From Candidatus Marinacidobacterales bacterium (GTDB lineage Bacteria > Acidobacteriota > Vicinamibacteria > Marinacidobacterales > SMYC01): 64,000 nt of DNA. The notes beneath the pieces were generated by a model, which was given only the letters and a program-made list of their open reading frames with translations, was not told where the DNA came from and did no database searches. Shown here one piece after another: positions 1-9,983 of the stretch; position 1 is the first letter of the stretch, and each line of letters begins with the position of its first letter. The stretch covers positions 7,136,001 through 7,200,000 of the forward strand of contig OZ250169.1 in assembly GCA_965237955.1 (NCBI GenBank), read 5' to 3'. Position numbers and translations under genes: made by a program.

Positions 1-50
1 CATCGAGGGCCACTCGGCTCCCGTCAGGAGAAATACGTGTGTCCGAGTAG

Positions 51-494
51 CTACTCACACGAGGCCAGCGCGCTCTCCCCTATCGCCAGGAACACGACGC
101 GATCGCTAATCACGAAGTTCAAGATCGCGCACGACGCGATCGAAGCGAGATTACCAACGAGATAGTGCAGTCCGAAATGTCCAACGAAAACGCTCATGAA
201 CACGACATTGCCGAGGATCGAAACCGAGCCTGACGTGAGGTTGAACCGCAGAAGTCTTTGAAACCGTCCCGGGGTTCCGAGCAGTCCCCTATCACCCCAC
301 GTCCACCGCTCGTGCCACAAAAAGTTGTGGATGATGGCCGACTCTACGGCGAGCGCGGTCGCCACGAGGTAGTGCATCTCGAGGCGACCGGCGAGCAGGG
401 TGAGCATGCAAAGCTGCACGCCCACCCCGAGCCAGCCGACGGCACTGAACTTGAGCCAGCGATAGAAAAGGGGGCGCCATCGGCTTTCTTTCAT
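51..494 (-). CDS. GtrA family membrane protein
   Basis: 147 aa, four hydrophobic segments, KFSAVG and HNFLWHERWTW motifs typical of GtrA; ATGA overlap with the upstream gene. Confidence 0.85.
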   Translation of the reverse strand: MKESRWRPLFYRWLKFSAVGWLGVGVQLCMLTLLAGRLEMHYLVATALAVESAIIHNFLWHERWTWGDRGLLGTPGRFQRLLRFNLTSGSVSILGNVVFMSVFVGHFGLHYLVGNLASIASCAILNFVISDRVVFLAIGESALASCE

Positions 495-1192
495 CGAAGC
501 GGCTCACGGAGATAGAGAGTGTGGGTATTGCGGGCTACGGTGACGAGGAGGGCTACCAGTAGTCCGACGATGGCGCAAACGCCGCCGAAGTCGAACAACA
601 GATATTGCGTCCCCATGACAGTCACATAGGGATTGTGCAGAAGGTAGAGGGTACCCATCGCGAAGAGTATGCGGAGCTCCGTGGGGCCGAGCTTCATGAA
701 ATGGATGCGAAACGTCCCCACGGCATAGGCCGCGAGGTAGATCTCGGAGGCGACCATGAGGTAGACGACCATGAGCGCGGCCGCAATCGGAAGGCCCATG
801 AAGCTGGAGAGGCCGAGTCCCCCGATGAGAAAGAACGCGCCAAACACATCGGCGATGTGGTCGACGTAGTACCCGTACTTGGGCCGTTGCGCATTCCGGA
901 CGCGGGCAAGCGTTCCATCGAGGCTGTCACCGAACCAATTGAGGAACAGAAAAATCACGACGCCGAACAGCGCGCGGGGTTGGTCGCCGGCCGCCCAAAA
1001 CGAGGCGCCTGCGCCCAGCATTCCGAGAAGACCGAGCGCGGTGAGGTGGTCGGAGTTGACCCACTTCGGCATCCGCTGCGCCATCCAAACGAGACAGCAT
1101 TTTTCGAGCCCGGAGAGAATGCTCCCGAGGTCCCGAGACATACTGTCCGGGCTGTCCGGGGTTTGGACGAAAGTCGTCGTAGTCGTGGCCAT
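491..1192 (-). CDS. CDP-alcohol phosphatidyltransferase family protein
   Basis: DSLDGTLAR...G..VDHIAD signature; start reassigned to ATG 1192 behind AAGGAGG. Confidence 0.9.
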   Translation of the reverse strand: MATTTTTFVQTPDSPDSMSRDLGSILSGLEKCCLVWMAQRMPKWVNSDHLTALGLLGMLGAGASFWAAGDQPRALFGVVIFLFLNWFGDSLDGTLARVRNAQRPKYGYYVDHIADVFGAFFLIGGLGLSSFMGLPIAAALMVVYLMVASEIYLAAYAVGTFRIHFMKLGPTELRILFAMGTLYLLHNPYVTVMGTQYLLFDFGGVCAIVGLLVALLVTVARNTHTLYLREPLR

Positions 1193-1227
1193 GTGAGCCT
1201 CCTTTTTCGTTTCTTGCCGACAACGTT

Positions 1228-1283
1228 TGCAAACGATGTTCCATTCGAATTCACTCACTAAACTGTTCACAATCAAGCACTTA
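1228..1283 (-). promoter_or_regulatory. putative sigma-54 promoter with upstream IHF site
   Basis: Minus strand TGGAACATCGTTTGCA (GG-N10-GC) at 1228-1243; AATCAAGCACTTA at 1271-1283 matches the IHF consensus WATCAANNNNTTR. Confidence 0.6.
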
Positions 1284-1363
1284 GAGTAGAGGAGGCACTT
1301 CACGCGGCTAACCATTCGGATAGAAGCGAAAGTGAGTGGATAGCCCGCCACTCGCGAAGGCGA

Positions 1364-4219
1364 GTGGGTAAAATGCTCCCGACGATGCCCAAACCGGATC
1401 TCGTGCTCTGCCATGGCTGGCGTGGCGTGGGCGCATACGCCACAAAAACCCTCGGGAAATGGACCGCGCGCGACGCGCTCGGCGCGAGCCGCGCCGTGAT
1501 GCTGGTCCCCACCGCGGCCGCCGGTCATCTCCTCCGAGCCCAGCTCGAGCAGAACCTGCTGGCGCGCAAGGACGTCGCGTTCCTGCCCGTCATCGCGACG
1601 CCGTCGACCCTTGTCGACGATCTCGCGGAACAGACCGAGGGCAAGGTCCGCCTTGTCGATCCCCTGCTGCGAGAGGCACTCCTCCAGCATGCGTTCGAGC
1701 GCGCCGCCGAAGCCGACACGAAACCGCCCTTCGAGCTGCGCGGGGGCCTCGCCCGCCGCGTGCTCCAGCTCTACGACACGCTCTTGATGAACCGCTCCGA
1801 TCTCGACACGTTCATCGCTCGCGCACTCGAAGAGCTCGATGCGCCCGACGACGAAGGCGCAGAAAAACTAGCGCGCCAAACCCGGTTTCTGCACGCCTCG
1901 CTCGAAAGCTATCGGAGCTCGCTCGACGAGCTGAACCTGGTCGATCCGCCTTCGGCACGACACGTGCTTCGCAACCACGCGTTCCCTTTCGAGCACGCTT
2001 TGGTTTTGGGGAGTGAGACGCTCACACCTCTCGATCTCGACTTTTTGTCGGGTGCCGCAGACCTTCGATCAATAACGATCGCGGTCGCCGAGAAAAGCGC
2101 CGACTTGCCCTCGAAACTGGCGCGCGCGGTGCCGAACGTTCATGTAGACGACTCGCCCGAGCCCGCTCCGCCGGAGCTCCTCCTCCGTGAGCCTCTCGTC
2201 GCACGCGATCGAGAAGAATCGCTCGTCGATGCCGTGCGCATTCTCAAACAACTCGACGTCCCTCCCCACCGCGTTGCGATCGTCGTGCCCGCGCCATTGC
2301 CGTATCTGTATCTCGCAAAGAAAGTTCTCGATGACGCGAGCGTCGCTTACGAGCTCCAGGACAGCTTTCCTTTAGCGACAGAGCCGTACGTGGCGTCCGT
2401 CGATCTCGCGCTCGAGCTCGTCGCAACCGACGCGCATCGAAGCTCGGCGCTGGCACTTTTGCGAAGTCCGTTCTTCGAGTTCGACGGTGTCGGTCCCGCG
2501 GAAGTCGCGGCTTTCGACGAGCTCACGCTCCGCTATCGCGAGCCCGGAAGTGTGCGCCGGTGGGCATCACTCTACGAGCGCAAGCGCCGGCCGCCGGCGC
2601 AGGCAGCGCTTCCCGGAATGGAGTCGCGGGAGGAGTCCACCCGCGTCTTGCCGCCCCTCGCCGCGCTCGTCAAAGCAAGCGAGGCGCTCGCTCCCCTCGA
2701 CACCGAAAGCCCCATCACCGACAAGATCGCGTGCCTGCGTGCGTTCGTGGACAAGTACGCGCACGACGTTCCCGGCGCGCGTCACAACCGTGCGCGTGCC
2801 GCCATCGCGTCGATCCTCGGGCGACTCGAAGCTTCGGCACCATACATCGGAAAAGGCGGGAACCAGGACATAGACTTCCAAACGTTCCGCGAGCAGCTTC
2901 GACGCGCGATCGAAGCGCATACGTTCGATACGCGCTCGGGCACCGGTGGTGTCACCGTCGTCGACGCCCGCTCCGCTGGCTTCGGCTCGTTCGATCTCGT
3001 CATCCTGCTCGGCATCAACGATGGTGAATGGCCATCACGGGGAGAACGCAACATTTTCTATCCGCAGTGGCTCCTGCGTGAGTTCGGCTGGCCCTCCGAT
3101 CGAGAGCTTCTCGCGCTCGAGCGGAGCCGCTTCTCGAGCCTGCTCGACCTCGCCGCCGAGCACGTCGTCTTGCTGCGTCACCAACTCGAGGACGAGATCC
3201 CGACGGTAGCATCGCCGCTTCTCGAAGAGGTCGAGAGCTGGCTCGGGGACGAAATGGAGAGGCCGGAGAGAACAGAAACGGACGCACTCGAGGCGGATGC
3301 GCTGCGTGCGCTCGTCGTGACTCGAAGCGAAGCGCTCCGTCGTGGCCTGCTTGAGCCCGCCTTGATACCGCCACCGCCACCGCGCGATCGGCGACCCGGC
3401 CTCATCGGGGCGTTCGCCGTTCCCGACCCGGTCTCGCCGACGTCTCTCGAGCTCTACCTTCGCTGTCCGTTCAAATATTTTTCCCGGTACCTGCTCGGGC
3501 TCGAGGAAGAAGAGGACGTCGACGAGATGCTCACCCCACTCGAACGCGGGCGCATTCTGCACGATCTTCTCCAGGAAGGCTTCGAAGCGTGGGATGCGGG
3601 AAGCGATACCCCGCGTCCGATCACTCCAGAAACCTACGAAGAGGCGCTCGCGACGTTTCGTGACATCGCCGTGAAAAAAATTCCTCCCGAGCATCGCCGC
3701 GTCGAGTTAAACCGCCTCTTTGGAGGAGCAGGCGAGGCAGGGGCGATCGAGTGGCTCTTGCGATGGGAGCTCGACCGCGGTCCCCTCGAACGCCGCCTCG
3801 TCGAGTACGCGTTCCAGAGCCCTCTCCGGCTCGAGACCGGTCCACGTGGCGAGAAACCTTGGTTCGTTCAGATCAAAGGGCGCGTCGATCGTGCCGACAT
3901 CGACACCGGCGGCGGGCTGCACGTCTTCGACTACAAGAGCGGGCGCGCCCCAGATGCAGCGGTCACGCTCCAGGTGCCTCTCTACGCCATGTGTCTTTCA
4001 CAAGAGCTCGGCGCTCCCGTCCAAGAGGCCGCGTACTTGAGCTTTCGCGATCGACGTCCGATTCCGCGTGCTGACTTTCAGAAAGCGAGCGCCCTCCTGG
4101 TCGATACTTACGGAGCCATCCAAAGAGGCGAGTTTCCGCCGAAACCGCACAAGGACCTCCTCTGCTACAGCTGCGGCTTCGTCGGAGTGTGCCGCAAAGA
4201 GATCCAGGAGGACGCGTGA
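1364..4219 (+). CDS. addB: AddB-like helicase/nuclease subunit with C-terminal PD-(D/E)XK nuclease and Fe-S cysteines
   Basis: SPTSLELYLRCPFKYF, VEYAF..KGRVDRAD..VFDYKSG, C-terminal CYSCGFVGVC; start may be 1373 or 1385. Confidence 0.8.
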   Translation: MGKMLPTMPKPDLVLCHGWRGVGAYATKTLGKWTARDALGASRAVMLVPTAAAGHLLRAQLEQNLLARKDVAFLPVIATPSTLVDDLAEQTEGKVRLVDPLLREALLQHAFERAAEADTKPPFELRGGLARRVLQLYDTLLMNRSDLDTFIARALEELDAPDDEGAEKLARQTRFLHASLESYRSSLDELNLVDPPSARHVLRNHAFPFEHALVLGSETLTPLDLDFLSGAADLRSITIAVAEKSADLPSKLARAVPNVHVDDSPEPAPPELLLREPLVARDREESLVDAVRILKQLDVPPHRVAIVVPAPLPYLYLAKKVLDDASVAYELQDSFPLATEPYVASVDLALELVATDAHRSSALALLRSPFFEFDGVGPAEVAAFDELTLRYREPGSVRRWASLYERKRRPPAQAALPGMESREESTRVLPPLAALVKASEALAPLDTESPITDKIACLRAFVDKYAHDVPGARHNRARAAIASILGRLEASAPYIGKGGNQDIDFQTFREQLRRAIEAHTFDTRSGTGGVTVVDARSAGFGSFDLVILLGINDGEWPSRGERNIFYPQWLLREFGWPSDRELLALERSRFSSLLDLAAEHVVLLRHQLEDEIPTVASPLLEEVESWLGDEMERPERTETDALEADALRALVVTRSEALRRGLLEPALIPPPPPRDRRPGLIGAFAVPDPVSPTSLELYLRCPFKYFSRYLLGLEEEEDVDEMLTPLERGRILHDLLQEGFEAWDAGSDTPRPITPETYEEALATFRDIAVKKIPPEHRRVELNRLFGGAGEAGAIEWLLRWELDRGPLERRLVEYAFQSPLRLETGPRGEKPWFVQIKGRVDRADIDTGGGLHVFDYKSGRAPDAAVTLQVPLYAMCLSQELGAPVQEAAYLSFRDRRPIPRADFQKASALLVDTYGAIQRGEFPPKPHKDLLCYSCGFVGVCRKEIQEDA

Positions 4220-7200
4220 GCGACGACGTCACCTTCGTCGACCGTCGCGCGCGCGAGCTCGCGTCGGACCCGACGCTCAACATCGCGCTCGAGGCGTCCG
4301 CGGGCACCGGCAAAACGCGCGTTCTCGTGGAACGCTACGTACATCTCGTCGAAGAAGGTGCGAGCCCGCGCCATATCCTCGCAATCACGTTTACACGCAA
4401 GGCCGCGGGTGAGATGCGAAGCCGCGTCATCGACGAGCTCCGAGCCAGGCCCGAGCTGTGGGAGAACGTGCGCTCGCGCCTGTTCGAGATCCACATCACC
4501 ACCATCGATGCGTTCTGCCTCGGCCTCCTCCGAGAGTTTCCTCTCGAGGCCGGGCTCGACCCGGACGTCGCACTCATCGACGAGGTGGACAGCGACCGCC
4601 TGCTTTCCGAGTCCATCGAAGAAGTGCTCGGCGAAGCGCGGCGAGGATCCGACGTCGATGTGCGGTTTTTGATCGCACGGTTCAGTGAAGGCCCCCTCCG
4701 ACGGGGGATGCGAGACTTTCTCACGAGCCGTTTGCTCAAAGCCGAGCTTTTGGAGCGCTACGTCAAGCGCGTCGTGCCTGGCGGCGGCGGTGGCGGTGGC
4801 ATCAATCTCGCTCGCAGTCTGCGGCGTCTCTCCGAGACGCTCGCGGCTGCGTTTCGTGGCCCCGAGGGTGTCGAGCAGTTCCTCGCGACCGGCCCTCCCG
4901 ACGTCGCTCGCGGTTTGGCGTTCGCCCTCCGGCGCGCGATCGATCCGGAAACGATCGCGCCCGCGGACGTCGAAGAGATTGCGGGCTACTTCCTGACGCA
5001 ATCGAAAGAGCCTCGTCGCCGGCTGCCCGCTCGGTGGCGCAAAGAAAGCTTCGACACCGTCGACGCCTACGAGAAGCATCGCGACCGCGTTCTCGGCCTA
5101 GCGCCACTCGTGGCCCGCGCGTACAAGCAATGGCTGCGCGAGAAAGACTTCTACGCGATCCGCGAGCTCTTCCGGCTGTACGAGAAAGCCGCGGAGCGAT
5201 TTGCCAGGCTCAAGCGTGCGCGGGCCGGCCTCGACTTCAGCGACGTTCTGATCCGCACCGTCGATCTTCTCGAAAACCGCGGCGAGTTCGCCCAAAGCCG
5301 TTTTCGTCTCGAGTCCCGCTACCACCACCTCCTCATCGACGAATTTCAAGATACGAACGAAGTGCAGTGGCGGCTCGTGCAGGCACTGATCGAGTCATGG
5401 GGCGAGGGGCAGGGTCTCGTCCAAGAGGTGATCCTCGCGGAGCAAGCGGAGGGTGGCGGCAGCGGCCGCTTACGTGAGCCGAGCTTGTTCATCGTCGGCG
5501 ATCGCAAGCAATCGATCTACGGATGGCGCGACGCGCGCGTCGAGGTCATGGAAAAAGCCGCGCGTCGTCTGCTCAAAATCCGTGGCGGTGGCGGCCAGCG
5601 GCTCACGCTGCGGACGAGCTTTCGCGCGAGCGGCCCTCTGTTGTCCTTTTTGAACGACGTGTTCGACGAGCTTCCCAAGGTCAGGAGTGATTTGGACTGG
5701 TCGTTTCAATATCGCGAAGGTGACCACTTCCCCATCGCCGATAAAGATGATGCGCTTCGACCAATAGGCGTCGCCGTCGGGAGTGACCTCTCCGAGGTCG
5801 GCGCCGCCGTCGCCGACGAAGTCGTTCGCGTGCTGACGGAAGAAGGTCGCCGGCCGAAGGACATCGCGATCCTGTTCCGAAGCCGATCGTCTTACCGAAT
5901 CTATGAGCAAGCACTCGTCGAGCGAGGCGTGCCGGCATACGTGTACCGCGGACTCGGTTTTTTCGACTCCGCCGAGATGCGGGACATCGAAGCTCTCGTG
6001 CGCTACTTGGCCGAGCCTGCTTCCGAGCTTCGTGCAGCAGAGCTCGCGCGCTCGCGGTTCGTCGGAATTTCGGATGCGGGGCTCGTTCGCATGGCAACGG
6101 GCCGCAAGCGTTTCATCGCGCAGTGGCTCTCCGGTCGAGACGCTCGCGCCGGTCTCCCGCTCGAGCCGGGTGACGCCGACGCGGTCCATCGAGCGCACGA
6201 GCGCGTTCCCGAGTGGTTCGAATGGGTCGACAGAATCCCGCCAGCCGATCTGCTCGAGCGCATCCTGAACGACACCGACTACGCGGCGTCATTCATCGAC
6301 GACGAGCAAAGCTGGGAGAATCTGAAGAAGGTTCTCGAGATCGTACGGCGCGCGCAAAACCGCGGATACCTCACCCTCTCGCGCCTCGCCGATTACCTCG
6401 CGAGCGCTAGAACCGATGAGGAATCACCGGCAGTGCTCGAAGCGGTCGACGCCGTCAACCTGATGACGGTCCACGCCGCCAAAGGCCTCGAGTTCGACAC
6501 CGTGTTCCTGGTCAACATGCACCAGCGCACGCGGCAAGATACGTCGCTTCCGAGAATCCAGGAGCTCCCCGACGGCCGCGTCGAAGTGAGAGCGATCGCC
6601 GCAGTGGAGACCGACAACCATCTTCGACATCTTCCCAGTCGCGTCGAGGAAGAGGAAAAGCGTCTGCTATACGTCGCGCTCACCCGCGCACGACGAAACC
6701 TCGTCCTGTCCACGGTTCTGAGCGATGACGATCCAACCGAGCAAAGTTTCTTCCGCCTACTCCCGGAAAGCCTGTGTGCGACGTTCGCAGCCGCCGGTGA
6801 TGTTGACGCGGGCGAGCGCGAGCTCGTGTGGAACGGCCACGCAATTCGGGTGGTCAAGCCCACCAGCCCCGTCGAGGGACGCACCTACCGCGAGGAGCCG
6901 CGCGCGCGCGAAAGGCGCCTTCACCTCGAGCCACGCGAAAGCACGCGCGTCGTCTCCGCGCTCACAGAACGGACCACGCGCCACCGCATCGTGCCAGACG
7001 TGAGCGGCGTCGCCGTCTACAACATCCCCTTTTCGATGGCGGAAGGCCAACGCGTCCGTCGTGGGGTCATCGGCTGCCTGGTCGTGACCCCCAGCCTCGT
7101 GACTGTGATCGATGACACCCAAAGCTCGGACGCGGTCATGGAGCTCTGGCTACGTGCCGCCGCTGCGGCGTTCCCGACAAGAGCCGTTGAGGGACGGGTG

Positions 7201-7272
7201 CGGAGCGAAAACGGAGAGTCCCGGACGGTGCGCCTCGGCGACGAGACCCAGGAGCAACTACCGCTGTTCTGA
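4216..7272 (+). CDS. addA: AddA-like UvrD/SF1A helicase with degenerate nuclease tail
   Basis: EASAGTGKT, LLIDEFQD, VGDRKQSIYGWR, MTVHAAKGLEF, EEKRLLYVALTRAR; GTG start overlaps the addB stop (GTGA) after AGGAGG. Confidence 0.85.
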   Translation: MSDDVTFVDRRARELASDPTLNIALEASAGTGKTRVLVERYVHLVEEGASPRHILAITFTRKAAGEMRSRVIDELRARPELWENVRSRLFEIHITTIDAFCLGLLREFPLEAGLDPDVALIDEVDSDRLLSESIEEVLGEARRGSDVDVRFLIARFSEGPLRRGMRDFLTSRLLKAELLERYVKRVVPGGGGGGGINLARSLRRLSETLAAAFRGPEGVEQFLATGPPDVARGLAFALRRAIDPETIAPADVEEIAGYFLTQSKEPRRRLPARWRKESFDTVDAYEKHRDRVLGLAPLVARAYKQWLREKDFYAIRELFRLYEKAAERFARLKRARAGLDFSDVLIRTVDLLENRGEFAQSRFRLESRYHHLLIDEFQDTNEVQWRLVQALIESWGEGQGLVQEVILAEQAEGGGSGRLREPSLFIVGDRKQSIYGWRDARVEVMEKAARRLLKIRGGGGQRLTLRTSFRASGPLLSFLNDVFDELPKVRSDLDWSFQYREGDHFPIADKDDALRPIGVAVGSDLSEVGAAVADEVVRVLTEEGRRPKDIAILFRSRSSYRIYEQALVERGVPAYVYRGLGFFDSAEMRDIEALVRYLAEPASELRAAELARSRFVGISDAGLVRMATGRKRFIAQWLSGRDARAGLPLEPGDADAVHRAHERVPEWFEWVDRIPPADLLERILNDTDYAASFIDDEQSWENLKKVLEIVRRAQNRGYLTLSRLADYLASARTDEESPAVLEAVDAVNLMTVHAAKGLEFDTVFLVNMHQRTRQDTSLPRIQELPDGRVEVRAIAAVETDNHLRHLPSRVEEEEKRLLYVALTRARRNLVLSTVLSDDDPTEQSFFRLLPESLCATFAAAGDVDAGERELVWNGHAIRVVKPTSPVEGRTYREEPRARERRLHLEPRESTRVVSALTERTTRHRIVPDVSGVAVYNIPFSMAEGQRVRRGVIGCLVVTPSLVTVIDDTQSSDAVMELWLRAAAAAFPTRAVEGRVRSENGESRTVRLGDETQEQLPLF

Positions 7273-7317
7273 TACCATTATTAATAGAGTTCCAACCAAC
7301 CCATCCAAACTCCAATT

Positions 7318-9726
7318 ATGGCTCTGCTCCGAAAGAACCCTCGGGCTGCCGATCGTGCCCGCAAGGCCGGCGACTGGATTACCGCTGCCCAATTGTACGA
7401 AGAGATAGGCCAGCTCGACCTCGCCATCGACTGCTACGAGAAGGCGGGCCGGCTCATCGTCTGTGCCCAGCTCACTCTCCAGCTGGATCGGCCGGATCGA
7501 GAAGAGATGGCGGTGGGCTTTTTCCTGCGAGGCGGGGAGCCCGAGCGCGCCGCCGCGATCCTGCGCCAGCTCGGCAGAGACCGGCAAGCCGCTGAAGCGT
7601 TTCTCCAAGCGGGGTATAACCTCGATGCGGCAGCTTGCTTCGCCGATGCCGGTGAGCTGGGACGCGCCGTCGATCTCTACGTGCAAGAAGGCAAGACGCA
7701 GCAGGCCGCGGAGCTGTGTGCAGACCTCAAAGAGTGGGCGCGCGCCGGCGAGCTCTATGCCAAAGTCGGTTTGTTCCTGAAGGCGGCACAGTGCTTCGAG
7801 AACCAGGGTAACCACAAGCGCGCTGCCGAGATCTACCAAACGAGCGGTCGGGTCAAAGAGGCCGCTTTGGCCTTCGGCAAAGCCGGAGACCTGCTCGCGG
7901 CCGCGCGTCTGTTCGACGAGCGCGTCAAGGAGATCAAGAGAAGCGGCACTTACGTGCCTCCGGGTCAGCAGCAAGAGCTGGACGTCGCGGCGCGCGGAGC
8001 CGCCCATTTCTACGAGACCGCGGGCGCGCCCGACAAAGCCCTCGAAATCCTCGTGCTCGCGGAGCACTACGAATCGGCGGCCGAGCTCGCCGAGAAGATC
8101 GAGGAGTACGCGCGTGCGGGCGAGCTCTACCACGAAGCTAGAAACGACAAGAGGGCTTCGGAGATGTACGCGCTCGCCGGCGACGACGTGCGCGCCGCCA
8201 AGCTCGAGGCCGAGTACCAGCTCGACCACGGAAACGACGAAGCGGCAGCGGACGCGCTCCACCGTGCCGGCGATGTCCTCCCCGCTGCGGAGCTCTTCGA
8301 GCAGCTCGGTCGATTCGATCGGGCCGCCGAGTGTTACCAAGCGCTCGAGGCGTGGCCGCGAGCGGCCGATAGCGCGGCGCGTGCAGGTCTCGACGACCAA
8401 GCGGCGGTTTTTTTCGAGCGAGCGGGCGATCCCGGACGAGCCGCCGAGCTACAAATGAAGCTCGGCGCCTTCGAGAACGCGGCCGCGAACTTCGCCAAAG
8501 TCGAACGCTTCTTCGAAGCCGCCCAAGCCGCCGCCGAAGCGAACGCCGAGCGCGAGATGCTCAACTACCTACAACAGGTTCCCAAGGACGACGCGAATCA
8601 CATCGAGTCGGTCGTCACTCTCGCCCACGCATTCATTCGCCGCGGGTGGAGCTCGATCGCCGTCGACAGACTCGAGTCGGTTCTTACCGGTCAGGTCGTG
8701 ACCGCCGACAACCTCGAGCTCTGGGACCCGTTCGCGACCGCGCTCGAGGAGATCGGCGAGCTCGAGCGCGCCGAGGAGCTTCTTCGCAACATGATATCGG
8801 TGTCGTACAACTACAGAGACATCGACAAACGCCACGCGAAGCTCGTCGAGAAGATCGAAGAGGAGAAGAAGCGAGAGAGCTCGTTTGACCCCACCCTCGT
8901 CGACAATAGGGACGGCGACGCGACCACGTTCGACGGAAACCGCTACAAACTCGACGAGCTCCTCGGTCGGGGCGGTATGGGCGAGGTTTACCGGGCGTTC
9001 GATCGATTGTTGAGCCGCTCGCTCGCCTACAAGGTACTCTCGAATCGCCTCGCGGAAGACCCGGTGGCGCGGGACTTACTCCTTCAGGAAGCGCGTTCAG
9101 CCGCCGGCTTGAACCATCCCAACATTATTACCGTCTACGATCTCGGCATCGAGAACGGGCGTGCGTTCATCTGTATGGAGCTCGTCGAAGGTGAGAGCTA
9201 CGCGAAGATCCTCAAGCGCGACAAGCGCCTCTCGCTAGCGGAGATCATGCACCTCGTCGTGTCGGCGTGCCAAGGACTCGACCACGCGCACCATCGGGGG
9301 ATCGTTCACCGTGACCTCAAGCCGTCGAACATCCTTCTCACCAAAGAACATCGCGTGAAGATTCTGGATTTCGGACTCGCCCAGCCGATCCAACCCGACG
9401 ATGGCGATTCGAGCGGCTCCTCCGGCGGCACCCAAAGATACATCGCTCCGGAGCAAGCACGCGGCGAGGCCACCGATGCCCGCACCGATCTCTACTCGTT
9501 CGGGGCGACCCTCTTCGAGCTGGCCGCGGGACGAGCACCCTTCATCGAAGGCAACCTCTTACAGCACCATATTCACACCGCGGCACCACGATTGAAGTCC
9601 ATCGCGCCCGACGTTCCCGACGAGCTCGACGAGCTGGTGATGCACTGTCTGGAAAAAGATCCCGCGAAACGTTTCCAGTCCGCAGGCGAGCTGCTGTCCT
9701 ACGCCCAGGCGGCGGGCCTGGTCTGA
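7318..9726 (+). CDS. Ser/Thr protein kinase with long N-terminal TPR-like alpha-solenoid
   Basis: GRGGMGEVY, HRDLKPSN, DFG, APE; about 500 aa of AAELY/F..AG repeats; no evident transmembrane helix. Confidence 0.9.
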   Translation: MALLRKNPRAADRARKAGDWITAAQLYEEIGQLDLAIDCYEKAGRLIVCAQLTLQLDRPDREEMAVGFFLRGGEPERAAAILRQLGRDRQAAEAFLQAGYNLDAAACFADAGELGRAVDLYVQEGKTQQAAELCADLKEWARAGELYAKVGLFLKAAQCFENQGNHKRAAEIYQTSGRVKEAALAFGKAGDLLAAARLFDERVKEIKRSGTYVPPGQQQELDVAARGAAHFYETAGAPDKALEILVLAEHYESAAELAEKIEEYARAGELYHEARNDKRASEMYALAGDDVRAAKLEAEYQLDHGNDEAAADALHRAGDVLPAAELFEQLGRFDRAAECYQALEAWPRAADSAARAGLDDQAAVFFERAGDPGRAAELQMKLGAFENAAANFAKVERFFEAAQAAAEANAEREMLNYLQQVPKDDANHIESVVTLAHAFIRRGWSSIAVDRLESVLTGQVVTADNLELWDPFATALEEIGELERAEELLRNMISVSYNYRDIDKRHAKLVEKIEEEKKRESSFDPTLVDNRDGDATTFDGNRYKLDELLGRGGMGEVYRAFDRLLSRSLAYKVLSNRLAEDPVARDLLLQEARSAAGLNHPNIITVYDLGIENGRAFICMELVEGESYAKILKRDKRLSLAEIMHLVVSACQGLDHAHHRGIVHRDLKPSNILLTKEHRVKILDFGLAQPIQPDDGDSSGSSGGTQRYIAPEQARGEATDARTDLYSFGATLFELAAGRAPFIEGNLLQHHIHTAAPRLKSIAPDVPDELDELVMHCLEKDPAKRFQSAGELLSYAQAAGLV

Positions 9727-9732
9727 CATCGG

Positions 9733-9911
9733 TGTCGCCGTAGCTTACACGCACCGAGATCGCCGTAAAGCGTTGTCGGCGTGGCACCCGACGTGAGAAC
9801 AGCGGTTCACGAATGTCGGATTTCGTTACGATTCGTCCGTCATCGAGACGCACCCCTTTTTCTCAAGCTGCACTATCAGAAGACTTTGGCGTTTCTGGTC
9901 TTTGTTTTGCA
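9733..9911 (+). promoter_or_regulatory. putative sigma-54 promoter and enhancer boxes of the PEP-CTERM gene
   Basis: TGGTCTTTGTTTTGCA (GG-N10-GC) at 9896-9911; TGT-N11-ACA-like boxes TGTCGCCGTAGCTTACA (9733-9749) and TGTCGGATTTCGTTACG (9814-9830). Confidence 0.55.
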
Positions 9912-9983
9912 TGAAAAAATGCAACACCCCAGCGACTTGGCTTCCCGTCCTGGAGTCATCGAGCTCGTCAAAGGAGACGAACC

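Noticed and set aside
3400-4219. Cas4-like nuclease
   Set aside because: The PD-(D/E)XK plus 4-Cys domain is the tail of AddB coupled to addA; no cas genes nearby
4778-4800. GGC/GGT repeat encoding poly-Gly in addA
   Set aside because: In-frame triplet repeat in a probable loop; no phase-variation effect
4165-8400. Long antisense ORFs such as 4165-5079, 5470-6198 and 7258-8400, and similar ones throughout
   Set aside because: Shadow frames of high-GC genes with no motifs
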